Positions 13,301 through 26,943 are shown, counted from the first letter of the stretch. The stretch: 64,000 bases of DNA from Mobula hypostoma (GCF_963921235.1 NC_086097.1:118608001-118672000); one strand, 5' to 3'. Notes: generated by a model not told the origin, from the letters alone. Numbers and translations: made by a program.

Positions 13301-13510
13301 TTAAAGGGAAATATCTGATATTTGCAATTTTCCAGTCCTCTGGAACCATGCCAGAGTCCAATGATTCTTGAAAGAATATTATTAATGTCTGCACAGTCTC
13401 TACCACTATCTCTTTCAGACCCCTAGTTTGCAGTTCACCTGGTCTGGGTGACTTATGTACCGTTGGCACTTTCATCTGTTTGAGCACCTTTCCCCTTGTA
13501 ATAGTAACTG
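13301..13510 (-). mobile_element. Internal CR1 RT fragment inserted in Gypsy-1 integrase
   Basis: ORF 13170..13487 contains FQESLDSGMVPEDWKIANI, nearly the same as the CR1 peptide at 47187..47552. Confidence 0.8.
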
Positions 13511-14504
13511 CTCAGACGTGGAAATGGACAAGGGCAAGGGATATTTTGTTAGCCTCAACCTGGAAGGCTGAAATAAATGCTAATCACAGGACAAGGCAGG
13601 GCCAGTTTTGTAGGCTGGGTGATATGTGGCTGTAGACTCAAGATTAGCCTCTCCGAGTGGAGTCCAGGAAATTTGTGCCCAAGTTCATTGGACCATTAAA
13701 GATTCTCAGGAAAGTAAACCTGGTGGCTCACACCTTGCAGACACCCAAGGCCCTCAAGATCAATCCCACTTTAAATTCCAAATTAGGTTCCAAATTAAAA
13801 CCTGTGAACACCATCAGTCCCACTGCCACTCAGGCTGGTCAATGGGGAATAGCTCTTCACTTCGAAAAAATTTTTGAATTCGAGAACTGTTCGGGGTGTT
13901 CAGCAGTTCCATGTTAACTGGGAAGGATCTGGACCCAAGGAACGATGCTGGGTTCCTGAAGGGGACATCTTGGATCCAGCCAATTATTGCCTCTCCTAAT
14001 ATGTAGGGCTGCCAGAAGTCAGCTATAAAGGAGGGTATCCTGCTACATCACTCACCCAAACGCAGCAGCATCCAGGGTTTGGATGCTCTAACTTTTTGGA
14101 GTATGGACAGCTGGCACGGCTCCCTTAAAGATTTAAGACTGTCTGCTAATTGGCAATTATGTTTTAGGAGCCAAGGACTGAGTACTTAAAGAACATTTGA
14201 ACAGAGCCTCAGTGCTCAATCGTAAACTCTACTGGTGATAATTGTGTGTATTTAAATCAGAGATTATTATCTTCCTGCTTGCTAAGGGGATTAAGGGTTA
14301 CATGGAGAAGGCAGGAGTATGGGGTTGATGAAAGAATCAACCATTAATAAATGGAAGAGGGGAATGAAGGGGCGAAATGGCCTAAATTCTTCTGTTATAT
14401 ATTATCACTATAAAGTCTGATAATGTCTGCCTTCTTGACTCAATGGATGGAGTTTTCCTGAGAGTGTTCACCATTCCCCTGGTTGTCTTGCTTCTGCAGA
14501 TCAT

Positions 14505-14825
14505 AGTATCATAGTCATAGGGACACGGCGCAGAAACAGGCCTTCAGCCCACCAAGTCCTCACTGACCATCAGCCATCTACTTACACATTAATCATATAT
14601 TTTAGTCAACTACCTCCCAGATTCTACAACTCACTTAAACACCAGGGGCATTTTTTTTTAATAACCCACCATACCACATGACTTTGGGTTGAGGAGGAGG
14701 CAGTAAAACCCAGAAAGAAAACATCACAGGGGGATTGAGTAAACTTAATACAAACACATCTCGAGGTCAGGATTGTACCCAGATCTCTTGTGCTGGGAGG
14801 CATTGGCTCTATTATTGTGCTACTG
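14505..14825 (-). mobile_element. tRNA-derived SINE with CR1-like tail
   Basis: catag repeats followed by gaaacaggccttcagcccacc (CR1-type 3' end, reversed) and a reversed SINE head. Confidence 0.5.
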
Positions 14826-14979
14826 TGCTTCTATATCTGCTTAATGCCTCTCGGACTTCTTGTCTGCTGGACGTCTTTGCTCCCACACTAGATGCAACCT
14901 TTTTAGGCAGAAACGCAGCAAACAGCAAACTACGGCAAACCCTAAGCCCTTGCTGGATGTGTTGGCAGGAAGTCCCAAA

Positions 14980-15210
14980 CTGAGGTGAAGAGGGACTTCT
15001 TTAGCCAGAGGGTGGTGGATCTGTGGAATTTATTACCACAAGATGGCTGTGGAAGCCAAGTAATGTGGGTATATTTAAAGCAGAAGTTGAAAGATTCTTG
15101 ATCAGTAAGAGTGTCAATATTTATGGAAAAGATAATAAGTTAGCCATGATTGAATTCAGGGCTGAATGGCTTAATTCTGGTCTGATGCCTTAAGGTCATA
15201 TAGTCTTATA
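14980..15210 (+). mobile_element. CR1 3' fragment
   Basis: Contains ttctttagccagagggtggtggatctgtggaatt...taattctggtctgatg. Confidence 0.7.
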
Positions 15211-15964
15211 GATGAAGGCAATAGAATTTCATCTGAAGGAACCCACTGCTGTTTTTCACTTGAGTTCTGCTCTTTCAGTGACCCTTGTATCCGTGCTTGG
15301 TAAATATGGTTAGAATGTGGAAAGGTTTAGGAAGCTATGGAAACAAAGTGTATGCATTGTTTGTAGAATCCATTTCTCTGAGCAGTGCTGACCATGGAGA
15401 CTCCCACAGGATAAAGAATTCAAAGGTGTTGCCAGGAAGTATGGCAATGATTTTCTTCATAATTCATGATCCAATATCACTTGGGAAATGGAATCATGCT
15501 TATTAAACTAAAGATTCAATGGGACCCTTTCAGCTTCTCAAGTACAGACAACATTTACATAAATTGCTGGAAAGTTAATAATGCGGGTAAACCCCAGTGA
15601 CCAGAATAATACTTCCCCCTTGCCCAAGTAAAGAACCTCAGTGACCCCATTTGATACCACAATGAACAGCAAACTGTAGAATAGTAGAGAAGTCAAGCAA
15701 TGACCCAGCTGCCAGGAAACTGAGAGTTGTCTTTACCTTCACCTCAACAGAGAGATTGTGTTGAAAGATTGTGGACCACTGATTTCTGAACGGTCCAAGA
15801 GCTCATGAACACTACCTCACTATTCCAGATTTTTTGCACTGCTTATTTGTTCTTTTAATTTAAAGTTCTTTTTTAATGTTGTGCACTGTACTGCTGCCAC
15901 AATTTTCTTTAAAAACCTGTTGATGATGAGGAAGGCAGCTCTGGTTTGTACAGTAGACATCATT

Positions 15965-16325
15965 TGATTATCTTGTGTACAAGATAGGTAATAAGAGGTA
16001 TTGATCGAGTGGATAGCCAGAGGCTTTTGCAGAGTGTGGAAGTGGCTGAATCAAGGGGTATAATTTTATGGAGATGAGTGGAAAGTGTGCAGGAGTGTCA
16101 GAGGTAAGTTCTGTACACAGAGTATAGTGGGTACATAGAACCCCTGGTAGAGGCAGGTGCATTAAGGGCATTTACAATATTCTTAGATAGGCACAAGGAT
16201 GTAAGAAAAATGGATGTCTATGCCGGAAGGAAGAGTTAGATTAATTTTAGAATATGTTAAAAGTTTGGCACAGGATAGTGGGCCAAAGGACCTGTACTGT
16301 GCTGTAATGGTTTTTCTTCTATATT
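15965..16325 (+). mobile_element. CR1 3' fragment
   Basis: Degenerate ORF2 end and 3' UTR ending gggccaaaggacctgtactgtgctgtaatg. Confidence 0.7.
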
Positions 16326-17168
16326 GACATGTGTCAGAGATAAGAAATCAGATTCTGATTCCAATTATGATCATAATTCTGATTATTTATTTTACATAAA
16401 ATGATTTTGGATTGTATGGCATTGAATGGCTGTTGTGTGCAATCCTATTTCGAAGTAATTTTTGAAAGCCCTTAAGAAACTGGAATATTATATTTGTCAG
16501 ACAATTAAATGTATTTTACAAGGACAAAGTTTTTCAATAACTTTTGAAGCTGTGCAGTACCTGCTACTGACAGTTACTTGGTTCATTTTTTTTTTATGAG
16601 TATTTTTGATTATTCCTTGCTGAAGTGAGAAGAGTCCTGTCTATGAAGAAAGAGCAAGGCAACCTGACCCAAGTCTGACTGGTTACAAACACACAAGGTT
16701 GATTTGAATCGACTTTGGCTCTAAAAAGAAAAGTCTTCTGCTGTGCTGTCAGCTGCTGCCTCTTTTAAATGAATATGCCAATGAAATCAGTAGATGTTTC
16801 ACAGTCTTAAAGCAAAGTTCCTATGTTAAATAAAGCATCATCATACTGTTCTGTTTTACCTTCGACTATTTCTAAAGAGTGAAAATCTTTTTGTTCCATT
16901 CCGGCTTCAAGATATGAAAGATGCCTTGCATGACTTCTTTCAAGATGGGATGGCCTTGATCTCTGATCCCTGACATATGACTATAGTGGTCAGTGCAGTA
17001 AAGTAGCATGAACACCAACCACCGTCCACCGAGCAACAATGGAGGAGACCACCTGGGATGATACATTGCTGCTCTGGGAGTGAATTAGATGTATTTAGCC
17101 AGGAGTTGGGCAAGATTGTATGCTGATTGGATGGGAAAGGTAATATGATGTAACGTAGATGACTCAAT

Positions 17169-17319
<151 letters not shown>

Positions 17320-17636
17320 TTGCCTTGTTATTCTGCTGTTGTTGTGTTGAGTATGCACAGTACAATGTCTTCCCCGGTAGATATTTATAACGAGTTGGCT
17401 TTTTAGTGCCTTCCTCACCATTCACCACTCTTTGACTAAAGAAATTCTTCTTCATCTTCATTCTTAAAGGACACCTCTCTATTCTGACACTGTGTCTTCT
17501 TATCTTAGACTCTCCCACCATAGGACACATCTTTTCCACATCCACTCCATCAAGGCCTTTCATAACTCGATAGGTTTCAAAGAGGTCACCCCTCATTCCT
17601 CTGAATTCGATTTCTCTAACTTCCAGTTGTTGAGTT

Positions 17637-18705
17637 GTCAATATTACCAATGAGAATCAATGCTATCATCAACGCTGCCCTCAACACATCTCTTCCATTT
17701 TGTGCACATCTGCCCTCACCCCACCAGGAAGAGGGTTCTCTTATCCTCACCTGTTACCCGCCCCCCCAGCCTCCACATCCAGCACCTAATTCTCTGTAAC
17801 TCCGCCATCTCCAGTAGGATCCCATCACCAAGCACGTCTTTCCTTCCCCCCTACTTTCTGGTTTCTGCAGGGATAGCTCCCCTCGCAATTCTCTTGACAG
17901 TTCGTTCCTCCCCACCAATCTCCCTCTTGGCACTTATCCTTGCAGGCGGAACAAGTGCTACTCCTGCCCCAACACCTCCTCCCTCATTACTACTCTGAGT
18001 CCTAAACTGTCCTTCCAGATGAGGTGGCAATTCACCTGTGAGTCTGTTGGGGTCATATACTGTATCCGGTGCTCCTATTGTGGCCTCCTGTATATCGATG
18101 AGACCGGATGTAGATTGGGAAACTACTTTGCCAAGCACCTATGCTCCGTCCCCCAGAAAAAGTGGGATCTCCTAGGGGCCACCCATTTTTTGTTCCATTT
18201 CCCTTTCCAATTCCAACATGTTAGTCCATGGCTTTCTCTACTGCCTGATGAGAACACACTCAGTTTGGAGGAGCAACACCTCATATTCCGTCTGGTTAGC
18301 CTTCAACCTGATGGCATGATTTCTCAAACTTCCAGTAATGCCCCCCACCGCACCACCTTCACCATTCCCCATTCCCCATTCCCATTTCCCTCTCTCACCA
18401 TATTTCCTTACCAGCCTATCACCTGCCTCTGGTATTCCTCCCCCTTTTCTTTGCTATGGGATTCCCCCTTCTCCAGCCCTGTATCTCTTTTACCAATCAA
18501 CTTCCCAGCTCTTTGCTTCACCTCTTCCCCCACCCTCGGTTTCACCTATGACCTTGTGGTTCTTTCTCCCTCCACAACTTTCTTACTCTGACTCCTCATC
18601 TTTTTTTCCAGTCCTGCTGAAGGGTCTCGGCCTGGAACATCAACTGTACTCTTTTCCATAGATGCTGTCTGGCCTGCTGAGTTCCTACAGCATTTATGTG
18701 TGTTG
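17637..18705 (+). mobile_element. Penelope-like element 3' part (GIY-YIG endonuclease plus pseudo-LTR)
   Basis: FTCESVGVIYCIRCSYCGLLYIDETGCRLG and LEEQHLIFRLVSLQPDG; flanked by direct repeat GTTGTTGAGTT at 17626-17636 and 18706-18716. Confidence 0.88.
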
Positions 18706-19218
18706 GTTGTTGAGTTAAACAAGCTTCCTCATCTGTCATTATGGACCAAATTCTTGCCACAATATCTTTTTATCAATATTGGCAGATTTCTTTTCATATT
18801 TTCACTAATTTCTGTCAGTCTGATTTTTGATGCACTTAATTAGCAACCTTGCACTAAAGTGCTAAGCGACTCCAGCCATTTTTTTTTGTGTCTTCAGATA
18901 TAAACCACCTATCTAACACATGGAAACTGAAGCAGTTGAGGACTTCAGTACATTTCTTACTTTTCCATTCAAATTCAATGGCATTCTGTCAAGTCCCTTT
19001 ATCTCGGAGGAACATTCTTCATCATTTCTGCAGAATATTATCTAATATTCTTTTCTTTTATTTGTGAGAAAAATATGTACCAAATGTATTCAGTTGCCAG
19101 GTACAAATGAGAGTACAGATAGTGTGCTTGGTAAAAGATTAGTGGTCCAAATAGAATCCTCCACTCTTACTGCTTCCACACAGTACCCGATCCTCTTATT
19201 ATTTCTATATGCCATGAT

Positions 19219-22200
19219 TGTCAGCTGTGCACAGGCAGACACCTCCCAGTCGCTACCCAGTTAACAGCAGTCACCTGCCACTCATTCCAACTGATCACCT
19301 GCAGCCTAGTTAAACCCAGCTCTTATCCACTGTATTTGTTCACCCATCAAATCAGCCAGACTCGTCCAGTTTCTCCTAGCTTTCACTTACCTTGTTCCCT
19401 ATAGCATTTAGTATCTGTTCTCTGATGGTATCTGACTCCTCACAGCTTGTTATTTTCACAATCTATTGTTAAAGTTATTATTCACAACTGACTCATCTCG
19501 GCTGCTCTGCTTTTGGGTTAAGCCTACTCTACATTTCCTGATCGAATAGGTGAACCAGTGATTGACCCAGCAGAGTTTGCTCATCTAAAGGAAGTCACCC
19601 CTTGATATGAGCACACAATCCAGAAGCGGCCGGAAACCATTGACAATCTGCTTACTACTCTCAACTAACTCTCCATCTTGTTACAGCAAATCCGTGCCGG
19701 TCAATCTCATCTCTTGGAGCCCCGGATTCCAGTGTCTGAACGCTTCAATAGATCCCCAACCCAATGCCACAACCTTCTGTCCCACTGCGTGTTGAGCTTT
19801 GAGCGCCAGCCATCTCTGTATTCTACATACAAAACTAAGATTGCCTCCATCCTTTCTCTCTTGACTGGGTGAGCTCTAACCTGGGCCACCGCTAATTAGA
19901 ACAATAAGATGACCATTTGCAATATATATTAGGAATTCACCACTGAGGTGCATCTGGTTTTCGACCATCCAGGAAGTGGAAGGGAGGCAGTAGATCAGAT
20001 ATTTCACCTGCATCGAGACTCACGCTAGGTGGCAGATTACACTACGGAATTCAGGAACCTTGTGACAGAGTACAGCTGGAATGCAGAAGCGATGCTGGGC
20101 AATTGTTATCACAACTTCTCAAAGCACTTTGAAAGATGACCTGAGTACCCAGCAGAAGCCCACCGACCTCAAAAGCCTCATCATTCTGGCCCTTTGTATT
20201 GAAAAGCATTTATTGAATTATCATCCAGGACCCCAGTTTCATTCTAGACTGTGGGACCCTCCTCAGCCACACCAATTGGACCCATGCAGTTAGAGAGAGC
20301 TCCTTTGACCAGTAACCCCTCCTCCCCAAGAGCGTGAGCATCAGTGGAGAAACAACTTGTGTGCTTACTGCAGGGCAGCTGATCACTTACACATCAAGTG
20401 CCCACTGCATCGGGAAATAGTACCAGGTGGTGATGAGGGGCCTTCTATCTGGTAAGCTTCCCCCAGCTCCTTGTTCCAGCACCATAGCCCGACTCACTCT
20501 CTCTGTCTTCCTCCACACCCCAATGGCTCTATGCATATTGGTGGCTCTAGTGGATTCCGGCACAGCGGCCAACTTAGTTTGCAGCCTGGACTCCATACCA
20601 AGCCTATCTCTCCCCCTTTCTGCATCATGGCCATGGACGGATGTCGGTTGGGGTCACAGATGTTAGGAGTGCGCACAGCCTGTGCACATGAGCAGCAGAA
20701 AGCACTGCGAGTCAACCAAATTCCTGCTTATCAGCTCACCCAACACTTCTCTCATCTTGGATTACCCCTGACTCTCCACTCACAACCTTCACTTCACTTG
20801 GTAATCAGTTCACTGAAGAGTTGGGGACCCACCTGCCTGCAACTTCAGTTGACTTCAACCTGTAAGTCCATGGAGACAGAGGAAACCTTTGACCTCACCA
20901 AACTCCCAAAGGAATACCACAACTTAGTCATCATCTTCAGTAAGTGGAAAGCCAGCACTCTGCCACATAACAGACCACATGGCTGCACAATCAACCTCCT
21001 CTGGGGCACCACCCTTCCCTGAGGTTGTCTATTCTCCCTCTCCCCTACTGAAACCTAATTCATTAATAACTACAGTTCCAAAGCACTACAGCGCAGCTTC
21101 AGTCAACCATCGCAGTTCCCAGCCAGTGGAGGATTCTTCTTGTCCAAAAGAATGATGGGAGTCTCTAACCCTGCTTTGACTACCATGGACTCAACAAAAT
21201 CACCATTTTGAACTGTTACCCTCTACCTTTGATGGACAACACATTCAAAACACTCTATAGTGCCTTGATCTCCAACTAATTGCATCTACTGAGTGTGTAC
21301 AACCTGATTTGCATCTGCCAGGGGGATGAGAGGAAGATGACATTCATACTCCACATTGGGCACTACAAATACTTGGTGATGTTTTTCAGATTTTCCAAAG
21401 TTCCAGTAAATTTCCAAGCCTTTATTAACAATTTCCTCTGAGACATGCTACACAGGTATGTGCTCGTCTACTTTGATGACATCTCCATCTTCTCTAAGGA
21501 CACTCAAGACCACGTCTGTCATGTCTGATCAGTCCTTCAGCATCTCGTCAAAAACTAGCTGTTCTACAAGTTAGAGAAATGCCAGTTCCACACTCCAGTA
21601 ATTTCCTCTAGGTTACATCTTTTCACCCCAAGGCATAACCATAGACACAGAGAAAGTGTGTGCCATCATTGAATAGCTCTGACTGTGCTCCCTTCAACAG
21701 CCTCAAGTTGGGTTTCTCCAACTGCTACAACCATTTCATCAGGAACTTCAGCCAAATCACTGCTCCACTCACCTCTGTCACCAAATCACCTACGTTACAG
21801 AGGACCTGGTCTGCTGCCATGGACCACACTTTCAAGGAGCTCGAGATGCTTTTCACCAACGCTTCTATTCTCCACCAACCAAACCTCTCTGAACCTTTTA
21901 TGGTAGAGGTGGATGCACGTGAGGTGGGCACTTCTCCCAGTGAGGACCAGACAGTAAGACTCACTTTTGTGCCTTCTTCTCGCTCAAATTCAACTCTACA
22001 CAGTGCTGTTATTGAGCAGGATGCAGGGAGTTACTCGCCATTAAATAGAGACATGAAGTCATTGGCTGTTGGGAAACACCAAGCCCTTCCGGATCTGAGC
22101 TGACCACCAGAACCTCATATCCACACAACAGACCCACCAACCCAACTCTCATCAGGATCTCTGGAACCTCCTCTTCAAGCAATTCAACTTCATCATCTCC

Positions 22201-23446
22201 TATTGACCCAGCTCCAAGAACGCTGAGGCAGATGTCCTGTCACAACAGATCAACCCAGCCAAAACAGGTATCAATGCTCAGTACATCATTCCATCCTCGC
22301 AGGTCCTCACTTCAATCGTCTAGGATCCTGAGGACCAGACCGTGAGCCTCCAACAACCACGTGTACATGCCGGTCGCTGTGCACTCTGAGGTTTTCCAGT
22401 GGATCCACTCCCCACCTCTTTCCGGCCATCCAGGTGCACGACAGACACTGGATTTTCTGCTACACTGGTTTTGGAGGCCCACTATGATCACAGATGTATG
22501 TCAGTTTGTCACTGCCTGAGCTCAATTGCCCAGTCCATTTTTTCCAACCAGTATTCCTCTAGGCTCCTGTGGCTCCTAATGTTCCCCTGACACCTGTGGT
22601 CCCACATTGCCATGGATTTTATCATGGGTTTGCCATCTTGCAGTGGGGCTACGGTGATCACAATGGTGGTGAACCGGTTCATTGCCCTCCCCAAACTTCC
22701 ATCAGCTGCTGAGACAGTGAACCTGGTTCTCCAAAATGTAGTTTTCCCCCATGGTTTCCCTTAGTGCTTTGCGCCAGATCAGGGCCCACAATTCGTCATC
22801 CACTTCTTGCAAGCCTTCTGCTCCCTCATCAACACCTGTGAGTTTGTCCTCTGGCTTTCATCTGCAGACCAATCGTCAATCAGAAAGAGCCAATTAGCAA
22901 GTGGAGAAGTTTCTGCAACACTTTACCACCTCTAACCCTTCCACAGATGTATCTGCTTGGTGCAGACCTGTCCCAAATCCACACACCTCCTCGACCTTTA
23001 AAGTGCTTTTTGGCTACCAATCTCCACTGTTCTCCCTTCTTCCAGGGCCCTGGTTTGTCACTGCCAGAGTGTTTGGAAGAAGGCACAGAGAGCCATTCTG
23101 GCTGCCAACCGTGCTTACTGCTACCAGACCAACTGCCGGTGGCCCCCAACCAGATTTCTCCAGCCTGGCTGTCCACTCCAAATCTGCCCTTGCGCATCGA
23201 CTCCCACAAGCTCTCTCCCTGGTTCATTGGTCTCTTCAACATCAATCCAGTCACTTACCATCTCCAGCTGACGATGTCCCTCAGGATTACAACTACCTTC
23301 CATGTGTTCTGCCTCGAGCCCGTTGACCATGGGCCATGCACCTACACATGCAAGGTTGGTGGAAGGTGCTCCAGTGTACACAGTTTGCCAGTTGATGGAT
23401 TCACGTTGTTGTGGATGGGCTAGGCAGTACCTGGATGACTGGGAAG
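19219..23446 (+). mobile_element. Gypsy-2: degenerate sushi-like chromodomain Gypsy (5' LTR and internal region)
   Basis: LTR from TGTCAG at 19219 to about 19542; gag PRIPVSERFN; GGGAAA slippery-like site near 20412; protease ALVDSGTAAN; RT YFDDI; RNase H FMVEVDA; integrase; start of chromodomain YTVCQLMDSR...QYLDDWE. Confidence 0.92.
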
Positions 23447-23632
23447 TTTACACAGTTCAAGTTTATTTGTCATTCAACCACACATCAAGACCCATAAATA
23501 CAGCCAAATGAAAGAGCATTACTCTGGGGCCAATATACAAAAGAGAGTACTAACAGTCATACATGTAAGGGGTTTCTTCTTTTATGTTACTGCGAAGGCT
23601 AACGAAATGGCTACTTTGATGTTGTGGGGATG

Positions 23633-24310
23633 CTAGGTACATATATGAATGAAAAATGGAGGGCTATGGGGGAGGAAAAGGGTTAGATTGTCCTTGGAGT
23701 AGTTTAAAATGTCAGCACAGCTTCTTGGGACAAAAGGCTTGTACTATAGTGTACTGATCAATGTTCTATGTTCTAAAGGCATCATTGTCAGGAAATGGCG
23801 AGGAGGCTTGCACCCAAAAACAGAACAGCGGACATGATTCAGAGATGAACAATAACCTTAATAATAGACTGTGAAAATAACAAGCCATGTGGGGACACAA
23901 AATGAGAGAGAAGAGATACTAAACAACACAGGCAATAAGGCAACTTAAAGCTAGGAGCAACTGGTTCAGGCTGCCTGGTTTAATGGATATGAGCTGGATT
24001 TAAATAGACAGCAGGTGATAAGTTGGAAATGAGTGGCAGGTGACTCCTGTTAGCTGGGTGGAGACTGGGAGGTGCCTACCTGTGCAGGTCTGACAGGACC
24101 CCCAGACATATGGCTGGCACTGATGGCCCAGGATGATCTGGATTGGTCCAGTTGAGCTCCTCAACAAGCAATGGGTCCAAGATGAAACTGGGTGGCATCC
24201 AAGTCCTCTCCTCAGGCCATACCCTTCCCAGTCATCCAGGTACTGCCTAGCCCATCCACAACAACGTGAATCCATCAAATGGCAAACTGTGTACACTGGA
24301 GCACCTTCCA
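23633..24310 (-). mobile_element. Inverted 3' end of Gypsy-2: chromodomain, PPT, 3' LTR (23786-24095) and original 3' flank with a CR1 fragment
   Basis: Reverse complement matches the 5' LTR; ATCAT at 23781-23785 is the reverse complement of ATGAT at 19214-19218; 24224-24310 is an inverted copy of 23360-23446. Confidence 0.9.
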
Positions 24311-24713
24311 GTGATGTTGTGGGAATGGAACTGGACTCTCTCACGGTGGTGTCTGAAAAGAGGATACTGTCCAAGTTGCATGCCATCTTGGACAATGTCT
24401 CCCATCCACTACATAATGTACTGGTTGGGCACAGGAGTACATTCAGCCAGAGACTCATTCCACCGAGATGCAGCACAGAGCATCATAGGAAGTCATTCCT
24501 GCCTGTGGCCATCAAACTTTACAACTCCTCCCTTGGAGGGTCAGACACCCTGTGCCGATAGGCTGGTCCTGGACTTATTTCATAATTTACTGACATAATT
24601 TACATATTACTAGTTAACTATTTATGGTTCTATTACTATTTATTATTTATGGTGCAACTGTAACGAAAACCAATTTCCCCCGGGATCAATAAAGTATGAC
24701 TATGACTATGACT
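24311..24713 (+). mobile_element. Young 5'-truncated Rex1-like LINE with (TATGAC)n tail
   Basis: Uninterrupted C-terminus ILDNVSHPLH...RLIPPRCSTEHHRKSFLPVAIKLYNSS; AATAAA followed by (TATGAC)3. Confidence 0.85.
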
Positions 24714-24762
24714 ACGTTATAATTAAAATGGCTTTTCAGCAATAATAACTGTGATGTAAGGA

Positions 24763-24799
<37 letters not shown>

Positions 24800-26881
24800 T
24801 TGTTTTGGGTTATATTATTGATAAGAGAGGGAATGAACCAATTGTGATAGATGTTATTCTTTCTTGTCTGTCTGTAAGCTATTGTTTTTCGCGGGGCTTT
24901 GGGGGAGAAGGCGCAATGGGGACAGAGAGAGGAGACACAATGCTGTGACTCTGGGTGGCGGGACCGACCCTGAGCGGGAGTCCGAGGCCCAGGGTTTTCG
25001 GGGCGAGGAGAGGTGACGAAGACAGACGCGTGTGGAGCATCTGGTCGACCACCGTGGTTGGTCCCAGGCGGCAGGTCGAGTTTGGAAGAGATCGAATGGT
25101 GGAAAGAAGACTCCATTATTTGAGCTCCAATTGTTGTGCATGAAGTGGTTGAACTCTGATAAGTTTGGTGCCTTTTACTTTCCTTTTATATTTTATCTCT
25201 ATTAATTACATAGTTCCAGCAAGGTCTATAAAGTGTATATGGTGTATTGTCTGTTATTTGGTGGGGTGGAGTACGTCACACAGCATCCACACAAACTTGA
25301 TTACCCAGTTTGGAGGGGCCGAAAGCTGATCCGCCGGACGAAAGTGAGTTGAGCGAGCCTGAGGCTTACCAGGAGGCTACATAGACAGCACAAGGCATGC
25401 ATAGCACATATAAGAGAGCAGTAAAATACAGTCTCACAAAGAGCATATAGTCCAAGCCCCTGAGCCCATGAATATTGCAGCTGTCCACAGTTGAACATCT
25501 TGTTTTCTGCCGAGCGAATACTGGAAGGTAGAACTGATTCCAGCAGGTGTACGTCACGGCACACCGCCTCTGGCATTCTGGAGGAGTGCACTGACTCCGA
25601 TGCCTCTCTCCTGGGAGCTGCAAGCAGGTGGCATCACTGCCTGAGGCCTAATCCTCACAACAAACATAGCCACGCAGCTTCCTTGCTCTCCACATTCCCG
25701 TTTGCTAATTAACCAGTAAATTGGACTTGCAGCATTCCACATTAACGATGTCAAACTGTGTCTTGCAATCACAAGAAAAGTGATGAAGATGATCATTCCT
25801 GTTAGACTGCACATCTTCTATGTGCGTCCACTCTGACCTCTCGCTGACGTAGGCATGATCAGCACCAAATCAGCTCCTTCCTTTTCCCCACCAACAGGCA
25901 ACTCGCTGATGGGGTAGATCTGCAATATCTTAGCTTTTTAATGTCCAGCAAGGTGCTGCGATAATAAAAAATACTTTCAAAAAAGACAATAACACTTTTG
26001 GTTGACCCCATAAAATCCACTGCTTCTGAGCACACTACCATCTTATCGGAAGATCATTCATGGTTGACCCTGACTAACAGAAGGCCTCACTAACCTAACC
26101 TTCCATTTTTTCATCCAAATCATTTATAAAAATCACAAATCCTGTGGAACACCACTGTTCACTGACCTCCAGGCAGAAAGCACTCTACTACTCTCTGCTT
26201 TCAATTTCTGTTTGAAGTGCAATCAATTACTGATACTCAATACCCAACCAGGATAGAGAATTCCAAAGATTATTCACAGTGAAGCAATTTTTCCTTATCT
26301 AATTATCCATTATCAAGGATCCTATCAATTAGGCCATGCTGTTATCTCATTATTACGATCATGCTGGAGATATAGGAGTCTTAGTTCCCACACCACCAGG
26401 TTTAAGACCACTTAGTACATTGCAAGCATCAGGCTCCTGAACCAGTGTGGATAACTTCACTCAATTCAACACTGAACTGACTCCACAATCTATAGACTCA
26501 ATTTCAGGGATTCTGCAACTCATGTTACCAGTATTATTTATTGACTTTTTTATTATTTACACGATTTGTCTTCTTTTCCAACTTGGTTGGTTGTCAGTCC
26601 TTGCTTATGTATAGTTTTTCATAAATGCCATTGTATTTATTCTTTTTGCAATACCTGGAAGAAAATGAATCTCAAGGTAGTTTATGATGACGTATATATA
26701 TATATATACTTTGATAATAAAATTTAGTTTGAACTTTGAACTTTGAAATCATAAGTGGCCTTATTTTAGGGTTCTGAACACTACCACCTGGGGAAACAGT
26801 CTCCCCACATTTTTAATGCTGATTTTTCGAAGCAGTTTTCTGTCCCAGTGAGATTATTTCTCAATCTTCTAATCTCTAGAG

Positions 26882-26943
26882 CAGGGGTTCCAGACCTGGG
26901 GTCCACAGACTCCTCGCTTAATGGTGTTGCTTGGGAACCCCTG
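26882..26943. mobile_element. 62-bp hAT (Charlie-type) MITE
   Basis: TIRs CAGGGGTTCC / GGAACCCCTG; 8-bp TSD CTCTAGAG (26874-26881) / CTCCAGAG (26944-26951). Confidence 0.85.

Larger units (their letters stand above)
8270..14240 (+). mobile_element. Gypsy-1: degenerate sushi-like chromodomain Ty3/Gypsy LTR retrotransposon
   Basis: 5' LTR TG(8270)...CA(8585); gag from ATG GAC CCT at 8602 (PERFGSGPVSCRGFL, LTGRALAWA); protease FLDSGAAGNF near 9640; RT MPFGLVNA and YLDG; RNase H FVMEVDA; integrase GFHPQSNGQME; PKFIGP; chromodomain WEGSGPKERCWVP; purine tract about 14027-14036; partial 3' LTR from 14041. Confidence 0.92.
23564..25381 (+). mobile_element. Solo LTR (LTR-B) interrupted at 23617-24713
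   Basis: TGTAAG...GCTACA termini; flanks TACA/TAGA; (CT)n at 24765-24797; the host repeat continues on both sides. Confidence 0.7.

Noticed and set aside
16860..17100. Possible minus-strand exon ending at a GTAAAA donor near 16859
   Set aside because: No long open frame connects a convincing acceptor to this donor, and no peptide is recognisable.
24000..24598. Chimeric ORFs 24000..24476 and 24133..24561
   Set aside because: They span the junction of the inverted Gypsy chromodomain and the Rex1 tail; no sign of a real gene.
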